Source: an uncultured Alphaproteobacteria bacterium (GTDB lineage Bacteria > Pseudomonadota > Alphaproteobacteria > CBDUZE01). From it: a DNA stretch of 64,000 bases. Positions 53,855 to 63,421 of the stretch are shown one piece after another. Under the pieces are notes generated by a model. It worked only from the letters and a program-made list of their open reading frames with translations. It did not search any database and was not told the origin of the DNA. The translations under genes were made by a program, and so were the position numbers. Within the stretch, counting starts at the first letter, position 1. Each line of letters starts with the position of its first letter. The stretch is from positions 71,320 through 135,319 of the forward strand of contig CBDUZE010000001.1 in NCBI GenBank assembly GCA_965371625.1, read 5' to 3'.

Positions 53855-54184
53855 ATGGAGTTCACCGGATACCTTCGCTTCGCCCTCGCCTTTCTGTTCG
53901 TGCTCGGGCTCATCGGCTTCTTCGGCTGGCTCGCCCGGCGCCTGGGCATGATGCCCAAGGCGCGCCGCGGCGAGGGCCGCCGCTTGGGCATCGTCGAGGT
54001 CATCCAGGTCGATGCCAAGCGGCGCCTGGTGCTGGTGCGCCGCGACCACACCGAGCACCTGATCCTGCTCGGCGCCACCGCCGACCTGGTGATCGAGAGC
54101 GGCATCCTGGCCCGGGAGGCCGAGCGCGACCAGGAGCGGGAGGGGGCGCAGGTGAGCCAGCTCGGCGCTGGAGGCGGCGGGTGA
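53855..54184 (+). CDS. fliO: Flagellar biosynthesis protein FliO
   Basis: Single TM helix followed by FliO core (RRLGIVEVIQVDAKRRLVLVRRDHTEHLILLG). Directly upstream of fliP. Confidence 0.65.
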   Translation: MEFTGYLRFALAFLFVLGLIGFFGWLARRLGMMPKARRGEGRRLGIVEVIQVDAKRRLVLVRRDHTEHLILLGATADLVIESGILAREAERDQEREGAQVSQLGAGGGG

Positions 54185-54921
54185 CGCGGGCCGCGCTCCT
54201 GATCGCGCTCTTGGGTGCGCTGCTGGCGGCTATCGCCGCCCCCGCCGCGGCCCAGCAGCTGACCCTCGACTTCGGCGACGGCGGCTCGCTCACCGGCCGC
54301 GTCTTTCAGCTCATGGTGCTGATCACCGTGATCACCCTGGCGCCCTCGATCCTGGTGATGGTGACCTCGTTCACCCGCATCGTCGTCGTGCTCTCGATCA
54401 TGCGCAGCGCCATGGGCGTCCAGGGCACGCCGCCCAACACGGTGATGATGAGCCTGGCCCTGTTTCTCACCGCCTTCATCATGGCGCCCACCTTCGAGGA
54501 GGCCTACGACGCCGGCATCCGCCCCCTGATCGAGGAGGAGATCACCGAGGGCGAGGCCTTCGAGCTCACGGTGGCGCCGCTGCACGCCTTCATGATCCGT
54601 CACGTGCGCGAGAAGGACCTGGGCCTGTTCCTCGACATGGCCCGCCTGGAACGCCCCGAGAGCCCGGCGGCGACGCCGCTCAGGGCACTGATCCCGGCCT
54701 TCGTCATCAGCGAGCTCAAGCGCGCCTTCGAGATCGGCTTCCTGGTCTTCGTCCCCTTCATCATCATCGACATGGTGGTGGCCTCGGTGCTGATGTCGAT
54801 GGGCATGATGATGCTGCCGCCGGTGATGATCTCGCTCCCCTTCAAGCTGATCTTCTTCGTCCTGGTGGACGGCTGGCACCTGATCACCGGCTCCCTGGTG
54901 CAGAGCTTCGGCGCCGGTTAG
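54181..54921 (+). CDS. fliP: Flagellar biosynthesis protein FliP
   Basis: GTG start overlapping the fliO stop. Signal peptide plus conserved FliP membrane core (SFTRIVVVLSIMRSA). Confidence 0.85.
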   Translation: MTRAALLIALLGALLAAIAAPAAAQQLTLDFGDGGSLTGRVFQLMVLITVITLAPSILVMVTSFTRIVVVLSIMRSAMGVQGTPPNTVMMSLALFLTAFIMAPTFEEAYDAGIRPLIEEEITEGEAFELTVAPLHAFMIRHVREKDLGLFLDMARLERPESPAATPLRALIPAFVISELKRAFEIGFLVFVPFIIIDMVVASVLMSMGMMMLPPVMISLPFKLIFFVLVDGWHLITGSLVQSFGAG

Positions 54922-54935
54922 CCGCGACCGCCGCC

Positions 54936-57900
54936 TCAGTTGATGGCGCTGAGTCCGCCGTTCGACAGCTTCTTGCGGTAGCTCGCCATGAAGGCCTGGA
55001 GGGTGCTCACCTCGGCGATGCGTCCGGCGAGCTGGCGGAACTCGGTGCCGCGGCGGTCGACGGTGCTGGTGACGACGCGGAAGGCGTCGGCGTCGGCGCC
55101 CTCGCCGAGCCGCTCGGAATAGCGCAGCCGCACCCGGTCGAGCCCGGCCTGGTCGGCGGCCAGCGCGAACGATACCGCGAGCTGCATGAGCTGCTGGCGC
55201 TCGACCGCCTCGAGCGGCTCCTGTCGTTGCCAGCGCTCGCCGAGCAAGGCCTCGAAGGTCTGGGCGGCGTTGACCCAGTCGCCGGCGCGCCAGTGGATCT
55301 CGCCGCGCAAGGCCCGGCCCTCGGGCGATGTTTCGTCCGAAAGCAGGCTCAGGGCCTCGTCGTAGCGCTCGAGGTCGGCCAGCGCCCGCGCCTCGAGGCG
55401 GCGGCGCTCGGCGACAAGCGCCGTGGCGAGCGAGGTCGCCGCGCTCTCCGACAGGGTGGCGAGGGCCTCGCTCGGCCGGTTGTCGAGCAGCTGGATGACC
55501 GCGAGCCGGGCCCCGACCCGGGCCTTCTCGGCGCCCTCGAGTCGGCTCCGGACCTGGTGCCCCAAGAGCTCCGCGGCGCGCCCCAGGAGGTCGACCGCGA
55601 CCAGCCGGTCGGCCAGGCGCCGGATCATCTCGTCGCCCTTGGCGCCGATCGGCGTCAGCTCGCGGAACTCATAGTAGACCGCCAACGCCGAGACCGGTGT
55701 CATGGCGTCGGCGCCGCCCTCCAGGAAGAGGTTGGCGAAGATCTCGTTCATGCTCTGGGCGGCGGCGCGGGTGGCGTCGTCCTTGGGGAAGTGGGTGACG
55801 GCCTTGCGCAGCGAGTCCAGGGCCTCGCGGTAATCGCCCTCGGCGACGTAGAGCTCGCCCAGTTGCTGCAATACCGAGAGCTCGAAGTCGTCGCCGCGCC
55901 ACACGAAACGAAGCCCCTCGAGGCGATCGATGGCCCGTTGCCGCGAGAGATCGTCGCGCTTCAAGAGCAGATTGACGCGCGCGAGCTCGGCGCGGGCGCG
56001 GACCGCGCGGTGATCGGAGGCGATGGCCTTCTGGTAGCTTTCGAGCGCGGTGTCGTAGCGGCCGAGTCGCTCGTGGGCGCGGCCCTGCATGTACGCGACC
56101 TCGCTGAGCACCCCTTCCGGGGGCTCCATGTCCGCAAGGGCGATGAGAGCGGCATCGAGGTGCTCGACCTCGTTGGTGGCGAGCGCCGTCCTCGCCTCGA
56201 GCAGCAGGAAGCGGATGCGCAGGTCGCGCGGGTAAGCCTGAGAAGCCCTCAAGCCGATGGCGAACTCGCGCTTGGCGCGGTGCCAATCCTTGGTCCGGGC
56301 GGCGAGCGCGGCGCGCCACACCGCGATCTCGGGGTGGCCGTCGAAGTCGGCGTGGTAGAGATGCTGGGCCGCCGTGTCGAAGCGCTGGAGCAGGAAGTCG
56401 ACCGCCCCGCGCAGGGCCCGCGAGGGAAGGTCCGTCAGCACCCGGGGATCGTTCTCCTCGATGGTCTCCAGGATTCCCCTGGCGTCGGCGGCGAAGCCGT
56501 GGGCGAAGTAGAACTGAGCCAGCTTCAGCCGGTGGTCGTTGCGGTCGTCGGGACGCGCCGCGGCGATCTCGCGGAAGAGCTGCTGCTTGAGCGCGAGGAA
56601 GCGTTGGGGCGGGCCGCCTCGCCAACGCTCGAAGTGGAAGAGGCGCCTAGCCGCGAGCGCCGGCGAGGCCACCGGATTGCGGTCGGCGGCAGAAGACAGC
56701 ATCAGCCCGCCCGCCTTGCCCACCGTGACGCCGTTGCGCAGTGCCCGCACCCCGATCCCGTCGGCCGCGGGCGCCACCGCCACCCCGTGGGCGGTGGCCA
56801 GGACCTTGACCTCGAGGAAGTCGCGCTCGACCGGCATCGCCCGTACCGGCGCCCCGAACGGCACCACCACGAGCCGGTCGCCGGCCTCGGGGTCGCGCAG
56901 CTCGATCGCTTCGCCGAGGTCGATGGCGGGCAGGAAAAGGCGGGGTCCCAGGGCCGCTTGAGGCTCGGGTCGGACCTCGATGGTGGTCTCGGCGGCCACC
57001 GCGTGGTCGACCAGATCGACCAGCCAGCTGGTGTCCCGCTGCAGCACCCTGGGAAGGAGACCCGGTTCGAGCTCGAACCTGAGCACCGTGGCCTGCCCGT
57101 AGGGGAGCTGCCCTGCCGAGACCACCGGCCCCCCCGGCTCGGCCATCGTTGCCGAGAGATCGGCACGCGCGTACTTCTCGAACACCACCCACAGGTGGCG
57201 CCCGCGCTGGAACACCGCCGCCGCCACCGGCTCGGGCCAGGTGAAGCGCAACCGCGGACCGCTAAAAGTGGGCACCATGTCGACCGCGAGGCCGCTGGCC
57301 GCGTCGCGATCCTGGCCCGCCGCGCGGGCCTTTTCCGGGGGCCCGGCCGGGGGCCCTTCGGGCGCGGCGGCCTCGGCGGCGGACGCCGGCTGCGCTGGCG
57401 CCAAGGCCCGATCCGCTTTTTCGATGCCAGCGGCGGCCTCGTCGCTGCGCTCCTGGTCGGCCCGACTCGCCAATAAGTTTCGCGGCGCCCCCACGGCCTG
57501 CTCGCGCCGGGGTTCCTCGGCGCCCGCCGCCGCTGGCGAAGGCGCGGCGGCGGCCGCCTCCGGCGGAACGCCCTCGGATGGCCCGGCCGCGGCGACCGGG
57601 GGCTCGGTCACCACCGTCGGCGCCGGCACGGCCTCGGGCACGCTTTCGGACCCGGAGGCGGACGCGGCCGGAGGCGTGGCGGCGACGGCGGCCTCGCGCC
57701 GCGACGGCGCGGCCGGCGCCGGGGCAGGAGCTGGAGCGGGGTCGGCGCCGGCATCGCCGAGCACGTCGATCACCACCTTGGTGCCCCAGCGGAAGATCCT
57801 TAGATGGACCGCGGGCGGCAGCCCGATGGTGACGATGGCGCGCTTTCGCTCGCTGGCGCTCTTGGCCCAACGCACCAAGCGCAGCGGCGCGGCCGTGAGC

Positions 57901-58430
57901 GCCGAGAGATCGATCGGACCCGGGTGCGAGAAGGTGACGGTCGCTTTAGAATCCTCCCGATCGACGCGGTAATCGACGAAGCGGGGCCAGTCGAAGACGA
58001 GGCGGCTGAAGCCCGGATGCTCGCCACGCCGCACCGCCACCGCGGCCCGGCCGCCACCGCCGGCCGGACTTATGCTCGCCAGGTCCAGCACCACCCTGTT
58101 GCCGTAGATGGAGGTGCTGAGCTCGAGCGGCCGCGCCAAGTGGAAATAGACGGTGCGACGGTCGCCGCTGAGCTCGGCCGAATCGAGGTAGTCGGGGAGC
58201 CGCTCGAGCGCCGGCGAGAGGTCGGTCTCCAAGGTCCGCGGGAAATTCACGCGCAGGATGTCGTCCTCGATCCGCGCCTCGAACGCGACCGGCGCTTCCC
58301 ATTCGAGCACGATGCGGGCGTAATCCTGGTGCGGCGCGGCGCGCGTGATGACGGGCTCGGCGGCAGCGCTCGCCGCCAACATCAGGGCGGCGATCAGGAC
58401 CGCGCCGCGAATCAGGGGCTCAAGAGTCAT
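54936..58430 (-). CDS. Large (1164 aa) periplasmic AMIN-domain plus Pro/Ala-rich linker plus TPR-repeat protein, flagellar-cluster associated
   Basis: Signal peptide. Two N-terminal AMIN-like modules (RIVLEWEAPVAFEAR..., RLVFDWPRFVDYRVD...). ~200-aa PAPAPA/Ala-rich linker. Long C-terminal TPR-like helical repeats. Overlaps the upstream motB-like gene by 11 bp. Confidence 0.7.
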   Translation of the reverse strand: MTLEPLIRGAVLIAALMLAASAAAEPVITRAAPHQDYARIVLEWEAPVAFEARIEDDILRVNFPRTLETDLSPALERLPDYLDSAELSGDRRTVYFHLARPLELSTSIYGNRVVLDLASISPAGGGGRAAVAVRRGEHPGFSRLVFDWPRFVDYRVDREDSKATVTFSHPGPIDLSALTAAPLRLVRWAKSASERKRAIVTIGLPPAVHLRIFRWGTKVVIDVLGDAGADPAPAPAPAPAAPSRREAAVAATPPAASASGSESVPEAVPAPTVVTEPPVAAAGPSEGVPPEAAAAAPSPAAAGAEEPRREQAVGAPRNLLASRADQERSDEAAAGIEKADRALAPAQPASAAEAAAPEGPPAGPPEKARAAGQDRDAASGLAVDMVPTFSGPRLRFTWPEPVAAAVFQRGRHLWVVFEKYARADLSATMAEPGGPVVSAGQLPYGQATVLRFELEPGLLPRVLQRDTSWLVDLVDHAVAAETTIEVRPEPQAALGPRLFLPAIDLGEAIELRDPEAGDRLVVVPFGAPVRAMPVERDFLEVKVLATAHGVAVAPAADGIGVRALRNGVTVGKAGGLMLSSAADRNPVASPALAARRLFHFERWRGGPPQRFLALKQQLFREIAAARPDDRNDHRLKLAQFYFAHGFAADARGILETIEENDPRVLTDLPSRALRGAVDFLLQRFDTAAQHLYHADFDGHPEIAVWRAALAARTKDWHRAKREFAIGLRASQAYPRDLRIRFLLLEARTALATNEVEHLDAALIALADMEPPEGVLSEVAYMQGRAHERLGRYDTALESYQKAIASDHRAVRARAELARVNLLLKRDDLSRQRAIDRLEGLRFVWRGDDFELSVLQQLGELYVAEGDYREALDSLRKAVTHFPKDDATRAAAQSMNEIFANLFLEGGADAMTPVSALAVYYEFRELTPIGAKGDEMIRRLADRLVAVDLLGRAAELLGHQVRSRLEGAEKARVGARLAVIQLLDNRPSEALATLSESAATSLATALVAERRRLEARALADLERYDEALSLLSDETSPEGRALRGEIHWRAGDWVNAAQTFEALLGERWQRQEPLEAVERQQLMQLAVSFALAADQAGLDRVRLRYSERLGEGADADAFRVVTSTVDRRGTEFRQLAGRIAEVSTLQAFMASYRKKLSNGGLSAIN

Positions 58431-59145
58431 GCTCTCCTCGCCTCGCTGTACCCTCGCGAAGGACCACGTCGACCCGTCGCGCGAGCTGGCGCCGACGCCA
58501 CTCGGAGAGCGCCGGCGAGAGGTCGTGGAACCGGGAATCGGCGAGACCGAAGGCGGTGATCCGTTGACTCAGACCGGCCTCGCGCAAGACCTCGGCAAGG
58601 GCCAGCGCGCGCGCCAGCGAAAGTTCCCAAGACGAACTGAAGCCCTCGGACAGCGGCGTCGCCGGGTGGGTGTGACCGGTGACCTCGACGCTGTTGTCGA
58701 CGTACCTGAGCAAGGTGCCGAGCGCCGCGACCGCGGCGCGGGCGTCGGCCGCGAGCTGGGCCCTCCCGGGCGCGAAAAGGGCGCCGCCCGGCAGTGATAT
58801 CACCAGCCGATCCTCGAGCCGATGGATGATGCTCTCGGCCAACAGCGGCTCGTCCGCAACTTTCTCCGCCAGCATGGTGTCGAGGTAATCGAGTCCCAGC
58901 AACTTGGGCTCGAAGACGCGGTGCACGTTGCGCTCGGCGAACGGTCCGATCTTGGCGTGCGCGCTTTCGGGGTTGAGGCGATCGGAAAGCGCTTCGACGA
59001 CGGCCTGCCACTTCTCGGTCTTGACCTGGGACATCGAGAAAAGGAGCACGAAGAAAGTGATCAGCAGCATGATCAGGTCGGCGAACGTGATCATCCACGC
59101 CGTGCCGCCGACCTGGGGCCGTTGTTCGCTCGTGGGCCGTTCCAT
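58420..59145 (-). CDS. motB: MotB-like flagellar stator protein (OmpA-family C-terminal domain)
   Basis: TM helix with conserved Asp (AWMITFADLIMLLITFF) and OmpA-like peptidoglycan-binding signature (TGHT...SSWELSLARALALAEVL). Confidence 0.75.
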   Translation of the reverse strand: MERPTSEQRPQVGGTAWMITFADLIMLLITFFVLLFSMSQVKTEKWQAVVEALSDRLNPESAHAKIGPFAERNVHRVFEPKLLGLDYLDTMLAEKVADEPLLAESIIHRLEDRLVISLPGGALFAPGRAQLAADARAAVAALGTLLRYVDNSVEVTGHTHPATPLSEGFSSSWELSLARALALAEVLREAGLSQRITAFGLADSRFHDLSPALSEWRRRQLARRVDVVLREGTARRGEHDS

Positions 59146-59148
59146 CGC

Positions 59149-59826
59149 CTACTCCGCGAGCTGCTCGAAGGTGACCCCCGCGTCGCCCACGCGGGGGCCG
59201 AAGAAGTACAGCTCGGTCATTTTCGCGCTTCCCGCCCTAAGGCCCGGGGCGAGCGAGCGGGCGGCGACGCCGCGGCCGCGAAGATCGCTCGCGAGCGCCG
59301 CCGCGCGTCGCAATGCCAGGCTCGGCCGCCCGGTCGCGGAGGGCAGCTCGGCGCCGCTGCCGACAATGAGCTCGACCTCGAAGCGGCCCTGGGAGGTCTC
59401 CCGGCTGAGGGCGTCCGCAAGCGCCTCCATGAGAGCGGTTCGCTGCGTTCTCACGCGCGCCCGTCCGGGCACGAACAAGGCCTTGCTCGGCACCCTCACG
59501 CGCATGGTGTTGCCCAGTTGCAGGATCTCGAAGCGCGCGATCGGCAGGTCGCGCGCGAACAGGCCGCGCACCTGGCGACGAAAGTTCTCGACCGGGTCGA
59601 AGGGGCCGCTCGAGGAGGTGAACTGCGGCACCTCATCGCTGATCAGACGGTCGGCATCGAAGGTCGCGGTAAGGCTGTTGATGGCGGCGTCGGTCCGCAC
59701 CTCCTCGCGCTGGGAGATCGAATAGAGGACGATGAAGAAGGCCAGCAGGAGGAGATAGAGGGCGAGAAAGAGCGCCACGTTCCGGTCGTTGCCGGTCGGT
59801 CGCGCCGCCGCCGCCGGCTCGCCCAT
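59149..59826 (-). CDS. MotB-related membrane protein lacking a recognisable OmpA signature
   Basis: N-terminal single TM helix, MotB-like size (225 aa), adjacent and co-directional with the motB-like gene. Confidence 0.5.
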   Translation of the reverse strand: MGEPAAAARPTGNDRNVALFLALYLLLLAFFIVLYSISQREEVRTDAAINSLTATFDADRLISDEVPQFTSSSGPFDPVENFRRQVRGLFARDLPIARFEILQLGNTMRVRVPSKALFVPGRARVRTQRTALMEALADALSRETSQGRFEVELIVGSGAELPSATGRPSLALRRAAALASDLRGRGVAARSLAPGLRAGSAKMTELYFFGPRVGDAGVTFEQLAE

Positions 59827-59832
59827 GCCAGC

Positions 59833-60480
59833 CTAATCGAAGCCGGCCAAGAGCGCGTCGATGTCGTCCTGGCTGTTCGCGTTCGCGGGGAGCTCCGGGC
59901 CGTTGAGCAAGGCGGTGTCGCCGCCCGGGCCGGCCGCCAGGCCGCTCTGCGCGACCTCCCGCTGGAGCTCGTAGCCGCAGGCCTCGGCCAGCACCCGTAT
60001 CTTGCTCTCGATGTGCTTGAGCGTTTTCACCACCTTGGTGATGCGCTGCCCGGTGACGTCCTGGAAATTGGAGGCTTCGTAGATCTTGGTGGCGATCGCG
60101 GTGATCTTCTCGGCCGCCTCGCCGGAGAGCTCGCCGGCCAGGCTCTCGAGCTCCTCGGCGGCGTCGAGGATGGTGCCGGTGGCTTCCTCGGTGGCCTTGA
60201 CGACCTCGTCGAGCTCGTCGGTCGCCACCGGGATGTGCTCGTCGTGAATCTCCCCCGGGCTCAGGGCGGCGATCTCGGTCTTGGCCTGCTGGATGTACTC
60301 GATCAGGCCCTGCAGCTCGCTCCTGACCCGGATGTGCGCCCCCGTGATGTCGCCTTCCATGTTCTGGATCAGGCTCTCGACGACCCCGACGACCTCGTCG
60401 AGACCGACCGTCTCACCGTGTTCGTGGCGCAGCGACTCGACGCACTGGGCCAGTCTTTGCGTCCAATCCGTCGCGGTCAT
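59833..60480 (-). CDS. cheZ: CheY-P phosphatase CheZ
   Basis: Catalytic motif FQDVTGQRI (cf. QDFQDLTGQ) and C-terminal CheY-docking peptide DDIDALLAGFD (cf. DDLLDSLGF). 215 aa. Confidence 0.7.
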   Translation of the reverse strand: MTATDWTQRLAQCVESLRHEHGETVGLDEVVGVVESLIQNMEGDITGAHIRVRSELQGLIEYIQQAKTEIAALSPGEIHDEHIPVATDELDEVVKATEEATGTILDAAEELESLAGELSGEAAEKITAIATKIYEASNFQDVTGQRITKVVKTLKHIESKIRVLAEACGYELQREVAQSGLAAGPGGDTALLNGPELPANANSQDDIDALLAGFD

Positions 60481-60489
60481 GGGACCCCC

Positions 60490-60876
60490 CTAGAAATCAC
60501 CAATAACGGCGCCCATCTTGGTCTTGAGCGTCGCGGCGTTGAACGGCTTGACGATGTAGTTGTTGACCCCGGCCTGCTTGGCGGCGATCACGTTGTCGGT
60601 CTTGCTCTCGGCCGTCACCATGATGAACGGCGTGCCCTTGAGCTTGGCGTCGGCCCGCACTTCCCTGAGCAACTGGAGCCCGGTCATCGGCTCCATGTTC
60701 CAATCCGAGATCACCAGGCCGTATTTGCCGTCGCGCATCTTTTCCAATGCGCTGGATCCGTCGGTGGCCTCGTCGACGTTGTTGAAACCGAGTTGTTTCA
60801 ATAAGTTACGGATAATCCTTATCATCGTCTTGTAATCGTCGACGACGAGGATGTTCATGTTGGAGTCGACCGACAT
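60490..60876 (-). CDS. cheY: Chemotaxis response regulator CheY
   Basis: 128-aa single REC domain with DD, D (ISDWNMEPMTG), T and K residues conserved. Confidence 0.85.
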   Translation of the reverse strand: MSVDSNMNILVVDDYKTMIRIIRNLLKQLGFNNVDEATDGSSALEKMRDGKYGLVISDWNMEPMTGLQLLREVRADAKLKGTPFIMVTAESKTDNVIAAKQAGVNNYIVKPFNAATLKTKMGAVIGDF

Positions 60877-61012
60877 CGTGGGCTCCTCTGAGTTTTCGGC
60901 AATCGCCCTATTTCAGTTTTGTTGGATGCCGCCGTGAGGCAGAGGGAAAGTGGCGATCAAGCTACGGGGCATTGGTTAAGGTCGGGTTAAGCGGGCGCCT
61001 CAAGCGCCGGCG

Positions 61013-61777
61013 TCAGCCACCCGCCGCCGGGAGCTGGCGCCGCATGGCGAGCTCGACGGTGATCGTCTTGGCCTTGTTCGAGTTCATTAGGGCAAGGATC
61101 GGCGCCATTTTCGCCTCGCGCATGCGCTCCGCGACCTCGAGCAGGATGCCCATGTCGAGCTCTTCCAGGATCCGGGCCGCGTCCTTCGGCTTCATGTTCT
61201 CGTAGATCTTCACCAGGCTCTTCATCTTGGCCTCTTCCTGCTCGTCGTACCGTTTGAGCTTGGCCTCGACGGTGGCCTCGAGCTTCGTGAGCTCGGCGAT
61301 CTTTTCCTCGATCCGCTTCTCGGTCGCGCCGAGAAGGTTCTCGCGCATCTCGAGTTCCCCGGCGCGAGCCTGCAGCGCCTCGCGTCGCTCGGAAAGGCTC
61401 TGCAGGACCTCGACCTCGGCCGGGGTGAACATCGACTCCGCTTCCTGCCGGCGCACGCGTCTCAGCTCGAGGACCTTGTTGAGCTCCTGCTCGACGATGG
61501 CCTCGATCTTCTTCCTGAGGCGGCGCCGCAGGATGGCCTCTGTCTCGCCCTCGACGCCGGCGGCGCCGCCCTCCGCCTCTCCGCCATCGCGCTCATCCAG
61601 CGCGCCCGAGGTCGGCCCCGCCTCGGCCCCGGCGAGGGAAGATTGGGCCAGCGCCCGGCCCACCGCGAAGCTCTCCAGCACGGGCCCGGCGGCGTACCAC
61701 AAGTCGCCGAGCTTGAGTCCCAACACGAGGGCGCAGGCCACGACCACCATCGGAAGCAGGCGCGTCTTTGCGACCAT
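61013..61777 (-). CDS. MotE-like flagellar protein with MgtE_N domain
   Basis: N-terminal TM helix, coiled-coil, C-terminal MgtE_N-type motif (KMKPKDAARILEELDMGILLEVAERM). Confidence 0.55.
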   Translation of the reverse strand: MVAKTRLLPMVVVACALVLGLKLGDLWYAAGPVLESFAVGRALAQSSLAGAEAGPTSGALDERDGGEAEGGAAGVEGETEAILRRRLRKKIEAIVEQELNKVLELRRVRRQEAESMFTPAEVEVLQSLSERREALQARAGELEMRENLLGATEKRIEEKIAELTKLEATVEAKLKRYDEQEEAKMKSLVKIYENMKPKDAARILEELDMGILLEVAERMREAKMAPILALMNSNKAKTITVELAMRRQLPAAGG

Positions 61778-61791
61778 CGCGTTTGCTCCTC

Positions 61792-62298
61792 CTAGATTGC
61801 CGCGTCGGGGTGCGCGGGCTCGGGCGCCGAGGCCAGCCGGGCACGGCGCAAGGTATCGATCAGCTCGCGTTCGGCGAGCGTGGGGGCCTCGGGCCGCCCC
61901 GCCCCGGATGGGCTTGCGGCGGAGGAGCCCCGGGACGGCGCCGTGGACGCGACGGCGCTGGCAGCCTCGGACCGTGAACGGCGGTCCGTCACGCCGGTTT
62001 CCAGGCGCTCGGCCAGGCGGGTGCCGGTCTCGCTCAGGAAGGCCAGCTCGTCGGCGACCGCGCGGGCGCCCTCGAGGCGCTCCTGAAGCGTATCTCCGGT
62101 TTGCTCGGCCGCCGCCCTGAGCTGGGCCACGCCGAGCTCGGCGCGCTCGATCGCGGCGACGAAGCTTGAGACGAGGCCCTTCATCTCGGCCTGGACGCCG
62201 CGGAAGCCGGCGAGCCGCCGATGGAGGCGAAAGCAGAAAACGATGGTGGCGAACATGAGGAGCGCCACCAAGCCGTCGAGCACCAAGCCGAAAATCAT
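61792..62298 (-). CDS. Hypothetical membrane protein within the fliLM operon
   Basis: Start trimmed to MIFGLVLDGL (hydrophobic helix) within ORF 61792..62397. Start overlaps the fliM stop. Confidence 0.45.
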   Translation of the reverse strand: MIFGLVLDGLVALLMFATIVFCFRLHRRLAGFRGVQAEMKGLVSSFVAAIERAELGVAQLRAAAEQTGDTLQERLEGARAVADELAFLSETGTRLAERLETGVTDRRSRSEAASAVASTAPSRGSSAASPSGAGRPEAPTLAERELIDTLRRARLASAPEPAHPDAAI

Positions 62299-63410
62299 TG
62301 CTCCGGTTCCTTGGCCACCATCGAGCCGTCGACGCGGATGGCGATGTTGGCGCCGACCCGGCCCATCTTGCCGGTGAGCAAGGGCACCCCGCCGCAACGC
62401 AACTGGACGCTCGATTCAGGCGCCGCCTGGAACAGGAGGGTCCGGCCGACCTCGAGATTAATGACCTCGGCCAGAGGCATCATCTGTTCGTCGAGCACGG
62501 CCTCGATATCAACGTGGGTGGACCACAACTCGGTGGCGAGATGGCTTTCCCAGATCGAGTCGCGTCCGAACTTCTCGCCCATGAACATTTGCAGCAGCAG
62601 CTCACGAATGGGCTCGAGCGTGGCGTAGGGCAACAGCAGCTCGAGCCGACCGCCACGGTCCTCCATGTCGATTCGCAACTTGATCAGGATGGCGGCGTTG
62701 GCGGGCCGCGCGATGGTGGCGAAGCGAGGGTTGGTCTCCAGCCTGTCGAACTGGAACGCCACCGGGCTCAGGGGCTCGAAGGCGGCGCCCATGTCGTTGA
62801 GCACCACCTCGACCATGCTCTCCACCAGGTCGCGCTCGATGGTGGTGTAGGGGCGGCCCTCGATGCGCATCGCCGCGGTGCCCCGACGCCCGCCCAAGAG
62901 GACGTCGACGATCGAGTAGATCAGCGAGCTGTCGATGGTGAGCAGACCGTAGTTGTCCCATTCGACGGCACGGAACACGCTCAGCATGGCCGGCAGGGGA
63001 ATCGAGTTGAGGTAATCGCCGAAGCGGATCGAGGTGATGTTGTCGAGGGACACCTCGACGTTGTCCGAGGTGAAGTTGCGCAAGCTGGTCGTCACCATGC
63101 GCACCAGGCGGTCGAACACCACCTCCAGCATGGGCAGCCGCTCGTACGAGATCAGGGTGCTGTTGATGATGGCGCGAATGCCCGAGCGCTCGTCACCGTC
63201 GAGGCCGTCGCCATCGAATCCGAGGAGGCTATCGATCTCGTCCTGGTTGAGGACACGGGCCGAGCTCGAGCCACCGCCGCCGACCTCTTCACCCTCGTCC
63301 TCGCCTTGGCCCTCGTCTTCGTCCGGCTCGTCGTCGGCCATCGCCGCCCATTCCGCCGCGAGCGCGTCGTCGTCCGGCGCTTCCTCTGTCTCTTCCATGG
63401 CGTCCGACAT
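62295..63410 (-). CDS. fliM: Flagellar motor switch protein FliM
   Basis: LNQDEIDSLLGF CheY-P-binding peptide and conserved FliM middle and C-terminal domains. Unusual ~45-aa acidic N-terminal extension. Confidence 0.85.
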   Translation of the reverse strand: MSDAMEETEEAPDDDALAAEWAAMADDEPDEDEGQGEDEGEEVGGGGSSSARVLNQDEIDSLLGFDGDGLDGDERSGIRAIINSTLISYERLPMLEVVFDRLVRMVTTSLRNFTSDNVEVSLDNITSIRFGDYLNSIPLPAMLSVFRAVEWDNYGLLTIDSSLIYSIVDVLLGGRRGTAAMRIEGRPYTTIERDLVESMVEVVLNDMGAAFEPLSPVAFQFDRLETNPRFATIARPANAAILIKLRIDMEDRGGRLELLLPYATLEPIRELLLQMFMGEKFGRDSIWESHLATELWSTHVDIEAVLDEQMMPLAEVINLEVGRTLLFQAAPESSVQLRCGGVPLLTGKMGRVGANIAIRVDGSMVAKEPEQ

Positions 63411-63421
63411 GATAGGGCGGC

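Noticed and set aside
55227-57476. 749-aa +strand ORF
   Set aside because: Antisense to the AMIN/TPR protein gene.
58822-60804. 660-aa +strand ORF
   Set aside because: Antisense to motB-like/cheZ/cheY genes.
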